Shown one piece after another: positions 53,669 to 64,000 of a stretch of DNA of 64,000 nt. How positions within the stretch are numbered: the first letter of the stretch is position 1; every line of letters begins with the position of its first letter. The stretch comes from Eledone cirrhosa (taxonomy: Eukaryota). The stretch spans positions 316,572,001 through 316,636,000 of the forward strand of contig OZ024740.1 of assembly GCA_964016885.1 (NCBI GenBank), read 5' to 3'. A model generated the notes under the pieces. It was not told the DNA's origin, did not search any database, and worked only from the letters and a program-made list of their open reading frames with translations. Made by a program: the position numbers and the translations under genes.

Positions 53669-54133
53669 ATTATGATTTTATAAATATAGTTTCCATTTAT
53701 TAATATATTAAATATTTACTCCAGTAAACTGTTGAGTGCTTTATATTAGTTATAAAACTTTTAAGCTTGTTGAATCCCAACAAATTAAATATAACTTCTG
53801 CATATTTATATATATATATATATATATATATGGTGGCTGCCAACTCGTTTTCGAGTACGGCCACTACCTTATATCCATGTAGGAGAACCCGTACCGATAC
53901 GCTGAACGATTGTGACTTTTTAGTCCAGCCAACGACTTGAAAACTATGGTACAAACACTACACTTGTGACAATTATTGACACATAGTGCTGGGCCCATGG
54001 TACCATGTGACGACAAGTGCAGAGAGGTCTCCAGATATAAAGCAACGCCTGTGCCGTGAAGCTTTTATAGTGAGCAAAGGCACTGCACAAAGCCAGTCCC
54101 ACTCTCTTAACCAAGATGATATTTACCAAAAAG

Positions 54134-54187
<54 letters not shown>

Positions 54188-54494
54188 AATAGGGAGAAAA
54201 AAAAGATTAGGAAAAAAACATTTTTTTCCTTTATTTTTTTCTCTTTTTTCTGGGTTAGAAAATGTTTAAAACATTTTATGTGAAGTGTTAAGGTATTAGT
54301 TAATTAACAATACAATTTATTAATTTATTTATTTATATATATTTAATAATTGTCAAAGGGGGAATTTGTATTATATATATATAGGAGAAGAGTCAGCTAG
54401 ATCCAAACTAGATCCTATAACCCACTCTACTACCCTAAGTATTGAGTACTCTGGTGCATTATGGTCCACCTGGTATCTGACCACACCCTCTTTG

Positions 54495-54536
<42 letters not shown>

Positions 54537-55083
54537 TAAGAAATGTGCTAACAGTCAAAGTGTATGACAAAATTATCATCATCATCATCATCATCATTTA
54601 AAGCTCATTTTCCCATGCTTGCATGGGTCAGATGGGTCATCCACATCGAGAGACAAGTCTGGCCAGGATTGGCAAAGCCATACCTTGATCTGATGGGACT
54701 GTAAATTTGGCCGGTGTTTTTACAGCTGGATGCTCTTCCTAATACCAACCAGATTTACATTGTGGATCTGTATAAATACAGAATGTCTAAGACTGCAATA
54801 ATTATATGCAACCATTTCAGAACTATACTAAGGGCTACTGGGTATGTATGTATGTATATATATATAATTAAGTTAAAAATGTACATCTACATATGCATAC
54901 TGAAATACTAGTATGCATATGAATACACACACGTATACATATGTAGATGTACCAAGTCTTTCACTGGTTACTTTACTGTGAGTATCCAGCTATTCTGTAT
55001 GTAAACACACAGACAAACCGGTTTTTAGAGTCATACTGGTTTTTGAGGAAACACCTTTCCTCTATTCTCCAGAAAGCCAGACA

Positions 55084-55136
55084 AGGAATATTGAACTAGT
55101 TTCGTTGTTGTTACAACTCATCAGCAATATTTACCT
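55084..55136 (-). ncRNA. Minimal type-I hammerhead ribozyme motif (Penelope-associated type)
   Basis: Minus strand reads AATATTG-CTGATGA-GTTG taacaa CAAC-GAAA-CTAG-TT-CAATATT: 7-bp stem I, 4-bp stem II, palindromic ACTAGT stem III, GUU triplet. Confidence 0.8.
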
Positions 55137-55290
55137 ATCTACCGGTAGATAGGTAAATATTGCTGATGAGTTGTAACAAAAGTGAGTTACAAACGAAACG
55201 AAATTTAATTTCGTTTCGTTATTTGTTTTTATATATATATATATATACTTATAAAATATATGTTTCCTTGTAGTTGACTGGATGATATAC

Positions 55291-55338
55291 ACACCTTTTG
55301 ATAGGGTCTAATAAGATCCAAAAATCAATTAAAGGTGT
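55291..55338 (+). pseudogene. Degenerate hammerhead motif
   Basis: ACACCTT-TTGATA-GGGTCT aata AGATCC-AAAA-ATCAAT-TA-AAGGTGT: helices intact, catalytic core mutated. Confidence 0.5.
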
Positions 55339-55538
55339 TTATCATTATTTCAATTTACAGGGAAATTCATAAATTCTGGTATGTTTACATGTCTACATAT
55401 GAAAAAAATGTGTATATTTATATAGACACTGTTGCAGTCTCAGTTGCACACTCTGTATTTATATAAATATAGCTTTATCAATATATATAACATAGGTTGA
55501 ATGAAAGCCACAGTAGAAGACACTTGCCCAATATGCCA

Positions 55539-55608
<70 letters not shown>

Positions 55609-55809
55609 AGTATAAATCGAAGTTGTAGCTGCAGTTTAGCAAATACCAGTCGAATTTTTTGAGGCATTCACAAAGCACTCAGTGATGTGAAAAGTTAATA
55701 CATTTTTATCCAAAGTAAACACAAAAAATGTGACACCAAGAATAAAGTGACCAAATGTATGTGGCTATAGTTAATACCACAACATCAATAAATACAAACA
55801 GCTCAAATA

Positions 55810-55856
<47 letters not shown>

Positions 55857-56491
55857 CAGGTTAGGTGAAGGCTACAGTAGAAGATACTTTCCCAAGATGC
55901 CATGAAGTGGGATTGAACCAGAAACTATGTGGTTGTGAAACAAACTACATAATCACACAGCTATGTCTGTTCCTAAGTATCTATTGTAAATTGCAGTGGC
56001 TTAGTGCCCAATTGAATATCTAATATTACTATTACTACATTGACTTTCATCTATAAACCTCCAGAAGAGTTAATGTGCCTCATAAAAGCGAAAGGTAATC
56101 TTGTTATTTACTTCTAATTGAAATTTACTCTGAAAAGAGACATGAATATTGCACAGTCTTATTTCATTGTCATGCAATGTTGGCAATGTAGCTAACTAAG
56201 TTCAAATCCCACCGTGGTTAATTTTGTCATTCATCCTTTTTTGGGGGGCTGGCGTGATAAAATAAAGTACCAGTCAAGTGCTAAAGTTGATTTAATCAAC
56301 TTTGCCCTTCCCCTAAATTTGCTGGCCTTTTGCCTAAATAAGAAATCAATGAAGCTAAATAAGAAATCAATCTTAGGAATCTATCAATCAAGTCCCTGTA
56401 ACTGATACACCCAGTTGTTGAGGTACCATCTAGATTCTTGACTGTGTGTCCATCGTGAAATTTCTATGGGCCTTAGAAATAATCTAATAAC

Positions 56492-57130
56492 GAAAATTAT
56501 TGTGTACAGTGCTCAGAGGCACTCCAACTCATCAAATGTGCATGTATAGTACATAGAATAGTGAACAAATGTCAGGAAAGTGAACAGTGTACGAGTCATG
56601 ATATACACACAGACACGTGCATGTGTGTGTGTGGAGGGTGAATATCAGGTGTAGTTTTGGTGAATACGGAAGCATGGAGGTTTTAAAGGATGCAGTGTCC
56701 TGACAGTTAACAACTGATGCAGGTAGTTTGTTCCTTGTTTCAGTGTGAAATGTTTCTGAAAGTCATGGGAGCTGTGTTGTTTTCTGATTTTGTAAGCATG
56801 TCCATGGGTGTTAGACATATGGAATTCAAAATGGTGCTCAGGGTTGTTGTTGAAAAGATGGTTAATAATCTTGTGGATGTCTACCAAGTCAGTTGCCAGA
56901 TGTCGGAGTTTTAATGCTTGGTGGTGTCTATCTCCTCTTCAAGCATCCACTCCGTTACTAAGTTTAGCTTGCCAGAAGAAACAATTATCAGAGCTTGGTT
57001 GAAAAATATACCAGAGCCAAAAGTGAGAATTCGTGAGAACCAGTGTACCCATCCGACCCTAAGCATGCCACTGTCAGGCATCAAGTCATTTTCTCCACCT
57101 AAACACCCTAGTTTTGAAAGAATGATTCCT
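56492..57130 (-). mobile_element. CR1-like LINE 3' fragment; shorter ones at 52976-53185 (-) and 61260-61440 (+)
   Basis: NTHGHAYKIRKQHSSHDFQKHF motif and the same 3' UTR and tail as 26272-26555. Confidence 0.8.
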
Positions 57131-57152
57131 AAATATGGTTGGTATTGAAATA

Positions 57153-57243
57153 ACATATACTAAAATTGGAATAATACAGAGAAGAGTAACTTGGCCCCTG
57201 CACAAGGATGACATGCAAATTTGTGACACATTCCATATTTTTT
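57153..57243 (+). pseudogene. U6: U6 snRNA retropseudogene (5'-truncated)
   Basis: ACATATACTAAAATTGGAAtaATACAGAGAAGAgTAaCtTGGCCCCTGCaCAAGGATGACAtGCAAATTtGTGAcaCaTTCCATATTTTTT matches U6. It lacks the 5' stem-loop and the catalytic AGC triad is mutated. Confidence 0.93.
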
Positions 57244-58143
57244 AACAATAGTGGTGCCCCAGCATGGCCTTAACCTGTTGGCTGGAACATATAATAGAAA
57301 AACAGAATATTAACCCTTTTGTTGTGAAGTATTTCATTAGAAATACAGTATTTTAATTAATTAAAGAAGAATTTGTGGAGCATTTACTGAAATGATAATT
57401 TCACTAAAATGATATGGATAACACGAAATTCTCTTATATAAAATCATTTTGGAAGGTTTTAATTTAAGTAGGAACTTTTTAAAAGGGGTGGTTTTGTTTT
57501 ATAGAAATAGGCTGTTTTCAGTCGGTTAATATTAAAAGGGTTAGTCATGGCAATATATAGGCATGTTAATCATCATCGTTTTAACCTTCATTTTATATGC
57601 TTTCAATGGTTAGACAGGTTGTCACATTAAGAGACAAGTCTGGTCCAGAGAAAACGTCTTGCTTGTATGGATCTGTATTTTGACTTGCGTTCTATGGCTG
57701 GATTCCCTTCCTAACACCAACCATGTTACAGTTAATATATTGGCAAAATCGTTAGAGCATCAGATAAAATGTCTTGTAGTTTGTTTCTTTTTTATTCTGG
57801 GTCTCAGCACTGAGTTCAAATCCTGCCAAGGTCAATTTGTGGGTTGATAAATGTAGTGTCAGTCAAGGGTGGTGGATTAAAGGAATTGTTAGTGTTTTAA
57901 GTACGATGTCTTGTAGTATCTGTTCACTATCACATGCCTAAGGAAAATATTACATTTTCCCCTCCACATACACAGTGAGTCTGGTTGGGATTAGGAAAGG
58001 CATACACAAGCCAGAAATAGTTCTGTATGAGCAAGACATGGTCATCTGATCTGATTTGTCTCACAACAGTACAACTCGTCTAACCCATGCAAGCATGGAA
58101 AAGCAGACTCTAATGATGGTGGTGGTGGTGGTGGTGGTGGTGG

Positions 58144-58178
<35 letters not shown>

Positions 58179-58819
58179 GTGATTGCAATGATGATGGTGA
58201 TAGTGACGATGGTGGTGATGATGATAATGGTGATGATGGTGATGATGGTGATGATGATAATGATGATGATGGTGATGTTTATGATGGTGATGAATTATTT
58301 TTTTCTTAAGAAAATATTAGAAGTTGGGAGTTTTAGAGAACAGGTTTGAAGTGAAGAATTAGATACACAAAAGAATTGGTATATCTTGCTACAAATCAAA
58401 GACAGAAATGTAAGACAATAGCAGCTGTATTCATGTTTCCCACCATTTTAACTACCAGCCAGTCTAACAGTTCATCAAATTTAGCATAATCTTTGAAGCT
58501 TGATGTCTTTTAGATATAAACCATTTCATTACCATATTTCTCATGAAAGACATTGCATATGATTTTCAAATCATTTTAGAAAATAATCAAGAACTTGGAG
58601 GGATTTAGTAATATATTATTTATCTTGTGAAAAAAATTACACCGGGTACAGCCAGTAAGATGGTTGACATTAAGAATGGCATCTAGCCATAGAAATCATG
58701 CCAAATATGGAACATATGAATAAGATGGAGCTCAAAGCCATGGAGTAAAGATTGTCCAAGAATACTTTTAAACACTAGAATGGCAGGGAAATAGCCCTGA
58801 CCTCAATCATAATTGAAAA

Positions 58820-59225
58820 GGAATTCATATAAGAATGGTTTAACAGTGGAATTTATATAAGAATGGTATCAGTGGAATTTATATAAGAATGGTTTAGCAG
58901 AGGAATTTATATAAGAATGGTATCAGTGGAATTGTATAAGGATGGCTTAACAGTGGAATTTATATAAGAATGGTTTAGCTATGGAATTTATATAAGAATG
59001 GTTTAACAGTGGAATTTATATAAGAATGGTTTAACAGTGGAATTTATATAAGGATGGTATCAGTGGAATTTATATAAGAATGGTATCAGTGGAATTTATA
59101 TAAGGATGGCTTAACAGTGGAATTTATATAAGGATGGCTTAACAGTGGAATTTATATAAGGATGGTATCAATGGAATTTATATAAGAACTAGCTTAACAG
59201 TGGAATTTATATAAGAATGGCTTAC
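58820..59225. repeat. 26-28-bp minisatellite (AACAGTGGAATTTATATAAGAATGGTTT), about 15 copies
   Basis: Visible tandem repeats with two length variants. Confidence 0.95.
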
Positions 59226-60705
59226 CAATGAAGAATATGTCATTAGGGAGTTTACCCAACCATGACTTCTTTGGGTGAAGATTTAAATGCTGAAGATAGT
59301 CTATTGAGACAGAAGGTAGTTCTTCAGTTGAATTCATAGGTGTCGTTCCTTCTTTGTTTTTTATATATTATTTTTGTTTTTATTCTTTTAGTATAATGCT
59401 GTTACGGTAGTTTTTAGTAGATGATGTTGAATAGTGTTAATAAAAAAAAAACCCACACAAACAAAAACAATAAAAAAAAAACAATGTCAAATATTTGACA
59501 GATATGGAAGGTGTCAGGACCAGTAGATAGTAAGATTGTATTATATTTAGCAAGCAATTTCCTATAAACAGCCAATCACATCTGGATGGGACAGTAAAAT
59601 ACTGATAACCTACTGTAAACTAATTTAAATAAACCAATCATCAAAATACCAATAATATAATAAAATCGAAAAGAAAAAAGAACAAAAATGGTAATTCAGC
59701 AATTACCTCAGCTTCATTAAAATGAAGATTATAATTTCTTATAGTTTCTTCTGTTTAAAGAAGAAAAATTTACCATTTTCTAACCATATTTCTAATGATG
59801 ATTTCTGATTTAGGCACAAGGCCAGCAATTTCGGGGGAGAGAAAAGTTGATTAAATCAACCCCAATGTGTTACTGGTACTTTATTTTATCGACCCCATAA
59901 GGATGAAAGTTAAAGCTAACCTTGCCAGGATCTGAACTTAGAATGTAAAGGGCAATAACTATATACTACAAAACATGGTGTCAAATGCTCAACTGATTCT
60001 GCTAACTCACTGCCCTCAACCATATTTCTAACAATGATATACCGTATTTTCCAGCGTTGAAGACGCTACTTTTTTCCTAAAATAAGTCTCAAAAATCTAC
60101 CATGCATCATGGAGACCGAAGGTTGTTTATTATTTTTTTTCAAATTTTTGGTTGTCAAAATTAGGGTGTGTCCTTGGGGACAAAGTGTCTTCGGCATCGG
60201 GAAATATGGCATATATTGCCCTTATATTTTAATTATGAAAATAATCAATGATTATGAGAGATTAATTCAGATAATTATCTTTAGACAAAGTGATAAAGAT
60301 AAATATTTACTGAAACCTGTCATGTAATGATGAGAATTTCAGTCCAAGATTTTAATATAAATTAGAACACTTTAACCCTTTCATAACTATATTACTAATG
60401 GCATACACTTGATTTCAATTAGTTAATGAAGAATTTTGAGGGATTTACTAAAATTATCAAGTATTTCATTACTAAGAGAGTAACTTAATGTAAAGTTCTT
60501 ATATAAAATTATGTTGGAAGATTTTAATTTAAATTGGAAGCCTTTAAAATTGGTGGTTTTATATCATAGAACCAGAGCCAGTTTTAGTCAGGTTGGTAAC
60601 AAAAGGGTTAAAATAGCCAGTATTGGCTGGGTTGCTATTTAAGGGATTAAATAACTATTCACATGTGGGGCAAAATATTTCTACATATATAGAAAGAAAC
60701 ATTAA

Positions 60706-60920
60706 CCCTTTAGCATTTACATTACTCTATATTTGCTATTATATTTTCAAGCTTTACCTCACATAATTATCTCACATAATATCGAATTTTATGAGATTTT
60801 GATATTATCTATTTTGAGACCAATACCTTAACATCAGTATGAGTGGTCAGTTACAACCAGTTTGAACAGAAAGAGGTGAAAGAATTCTGGCCAGATACGG
60901 CTGGTTTAAATGCTAAAGGG
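60706..60920 (-). mobile_element. MITE family A (full copy)
   Basis: Perfect TIRs CCCTTTAGCATTTA / TAAATGCTAAAGGG with TTAA TSD. Confidence 0.9.
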
Positions 60921-62420
60921 TTAAGTTGGAAAGTAAAGGAATAAAGTAATCAAGTATTGTAACTTAAATTAACTCAAGTAGATTAAAGTTCAATGATTAG
61001 TATTGATTAATAAAGTTAATAGAGAAGACTTTATTAAAGAAAAAGGTTTTTTCGTTTTTTTCAAACTTTTCTAATATTAGCTCAAGGCCACAATTTATGA
61101 GAGAAGTATATTTTATCAAACTGAAGGACAAAGATTTACAAAAAAGTCCTGTCAGTAAGTCCTCAGGCAATTTTTGTGATGCAGTTTGATGCAAGGGATC
61201 AGATTTGAGGGGGACACAAAACAGGTAGCTGCATCGTGACAATACCCTGGTTCATTCTTCCCGAAATTCACCAACACTATACCTGATAATCCCACTCCAT
61301 GCACACGCACGCATGTATCTGTGTGTATATCATGACTCATACACTGTTCACTTTCCTGACATTTGTACATTATTATTTGTACTATACATGCACCTTTAAT
61401 GAGTTATAGTGCACCTGAGCACTGTACACAATAATTTTCATAACTATTATTATTAATTGGAACTGATCTAAGATTTTCTTTTGGCAAAGAAAGTTATTTC
61501 ACTAATTTGCCAGGCTTTCAACTTTCTAGGCATGCCTTCTTCTGAGTCCTGGCTGTTCCACAAAAATGAAGATGATGCCACTGAAAGGTTTCCACTTTGT
61601 AAGCCAAGAGGACATTATCTACATAGCAATGGTGGAGCTGAGAGCCATTCTAGAAGAAGCATTTTAGACATACTTTAGGGTAAAGGCAAAGACCTCCTTT
61701 CGGTCACGTATGACCATGGGATTTACACCTAGAAAGTTCCCCTCCGAGGCACAAGTCTGTGCAAGTTTGTTTGTGGAAGACCAGCAGTCACCCATTCATA
61801 CCAATCTGATCTGTCCACACCACCAATGTTGTCCAAGGGAAAGACAATGGCCGATTGTGATGTCACAACTCATTTCTACAGCCGAGTAAACTGACGCAAA
61901 ATGAAATAAAGTGTCTTACTCAAGAACACAACACATCACCTGGTCTGAGAATTGAACTCACAACCTCCCTATTGCAAGCTCAATGTTCTAACCACTAAGC
62001 CATGCACCTTCACTAGACATACTTTAAAACAGTGGGAAAATCCTTGGGCTAATTGTGTGGTGACACAAGAGGCCTACTTTGAAGGGGATTAACAATTGGA
62101 TCCCACCAATTCAGTCAACTGACTTCATATATATGTAATGTAAAAGCAAAAATTCTGAACAAGAGAAAGATGTAGGACAACAAACACTCTTCCCTCATCA
62201 GCCACCAAACTAAAATAAAATAGACACTGTGTGATTTCAACTAAAGTACAGGTGGCATATACACACACGTACATATGTGTGTGTATAGAGAGAGAGAGAG
62301 AGAGAGTCTGCAGTGCTGAGACTGAGGAGACGACTAATCATGTGAGTACTTGATATATGGGAAGATGTAGAATGGGTATAGAGATACGTAAAATTCTGAC
62401 TGCTTGACACTGCGCTCAGG

Positions 62421-62457
<37 letters not shown>

Positions 62458-62537
62458 ATAATACATTTGAAGACTAAAATCCAAAGAGGGCTCGATAAGG
62501 ATAAATATATATCAAATATATAAGAACCGTAGAGCAA

Positions 62538-62943
62538 ATATTTATTAAAATAATAGATTAAAGTTTAAGCAAAGAATCGCTGCTTTCACTCTTAACGGGA
62601 TCTTCATTTTTTCCGTTCATTGCCAGAGAACGTCTCCATGAACCACCTAATAGAATATTAGTTTACAATTTCATTTATACCATAAACGTGGCTTTGTCTT
62701 AGCATGTAATTGTTTTCACCGCGCCAAATAATGACGTATTATCTTCGGTTTTTTTCCGTTCTTTGCCAGGGAACATTTGCACGAACCAATGTATCGTCTT
62801 CCTGTCTTCCTCTGGTTGCAACGTTTTTTGAAATATTTACTTCTGCGTTCACAGATTGACTTTTTTAGTTTCAGAAGATCCCAGTAAGGGTGAAAGCAGC
62901 GATTCTTTACTTAAACTTTAAACTGCTATTTTAATAAATATAT
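62538..62943. repeat. Inverted-repeat element with ~68-bp arms (62538-62606 and 62873-62943)
   Basis: TATTTATTAAAATA..TAAAGTTTAAG.AAAGAATCGCTGCTTTCAC.CTTA..GGGATCTTC and its reverse complement, in a (TA)n context. Confidence 0.8.
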
Positions 62944-63014
62944 ATATATATAAAATGTTTAAGCTTGTTGAATCCCAACAAATTAAATATAACCTAGAGA
63001 GAGAGAGAGAGAGA

Positions 63015-63345
63015 GGGGGGCACATGGCTTAGTGGTTAGAGCATTGGGCTCGAAAGATTGTGAGTTCAATTTTCTCAAACCAGGTGATGTGTTGTTTCCT
63101 TGAGCAAGACACTTTATTTCACATTGTTCCAGTTTACTCAGCTGTAGAAATGAGATGAAAGGACTGGGCTCCCTATCATTCCACTGCAATGTGGTCGTGG
63201 AGGCGCCATGGAAAAAAAGCACCCAGCACTCACTGTAAATGAGGTTGGTGTTAGGAAGGGCATCCAGCTGTAGAAATCAAGCCAGAATCAGTTCCCGTCC
63301 CACCCTTGTAAGCAGGGAAAAGTGGACATAAAATGACGATGATGA
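63015..63345 (+). mobile_element. tRNA-derived CORE-like SINE with an RTE-type 3' tail; closely related copy at 44870-45210 (-) and relatives at about 15170-15405, 38090-38265, 43390-43728, 45650-45965 and 61680-62012
   Basis: TGGCTTAGTGG A-box, GAGTTCAATT B-box, CCTTGAGCAAGACACTT core, and tail TTAGGAAGGGCATCCAGC...(GAT)n shared with the RTE 3' UTR. Confidence 0.85.
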
Positions 63346-63412
63346 TATATATAAAGGAAGTATGTTTAGAAAATGGCGAGTAGAGTTTGAAAATTGTTCT
63401 GTGGGTTTACAG

Positions 63413-63443
<31 letters not shown>

Positions 63444-63853
63444 CATACATATATATATATATTTATATATACTTTATGTAGTATTGTTTCACTAATAGAT
63501 AGATAGGTTTGTGATCCAGTCATTCAAATCAGCAGATCGTGATGTAATAAGAAAAAAGCACTCAACGTCATGTGTATCTTCCATCATAGATGGAAGATAC
63601 ACATGACATTAATGGAATCGGACCTTCACATATTTTTCATTGAGGTATATGTATAGATAGAGAAAGCAAGATATATATATATATATAGAGAGAGAGAGGG
63701 GGGGTGGGGTATGATAGGCTCAGGAGCTGTGAGAATTCCAAGTACTAGTAATTGAGACTAGTGTGACATGATCAATAGTAAGATGTTTATTATACATAAA
63801 CATTTTACCTGTCATATATATATATATATATACACACATGTATATACATTTAC

Positions 63854-63884
<31 letters not shown>

Positions 63885-63909
63885 CACACACACACATTTA
63901 TATATACAT

Positions 63910-63942
<33 letters not shown>

Positions 63943-64000
63943 CATACACACACACATATATATACATACACACACACACACACATATATATATACATACA

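Noticed and set aside
57153-57243. Functional U6 gene
   Set aside because: The 5' stem-loop is missing, the AGC triad and other positions are mutated, and upstream is LINE sequence rather than a promoter.
59283-59332. CTGAAGA..GTCT attg AGAC..GAAG hammerhead-like string
   Set aside because: GAAA is broken and stems I and III are poor; it could be chance.

Overview
AT-rich, repeat-dense animal genomic DNA, most consistent with an octopus or other coleoid mollusc (inferred from the SINE, RTE and microsatellite landscape). There is one supported host gene: a 7-coding-exon HNF4 (NR2A) nuclear receptor on the minus strand (CDS 37220->19160, about 504 aa, GT-AG junctions with consistent phases). 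Positions 1-14.8 kb are a 41-bp satellite punctuated by copies of a piggyBac-type MITE fragment and organised in higher-order units. One MITE fragment is split by a 3.2-kb head-to-tail stack of non-autonomous Helitrons inserted at an A|T target. The rest carries RTE and CR1-like LINE fragments, two tRNA-derived SINE families, several MITE families, a 31-bp satellite (49.1-52.5 kb) and a U6 retrocopy fused to a retroposon tail. At 53.6-55.3 kb there is a cluster of minimal type-I hammerhead ribozyme motifs of the Penelope-associated kind, one of them inside a perfect 72-bp palindrome. Almost all other ORFs in the track are repeat artefacts. All calls were made by eye, without database searches.
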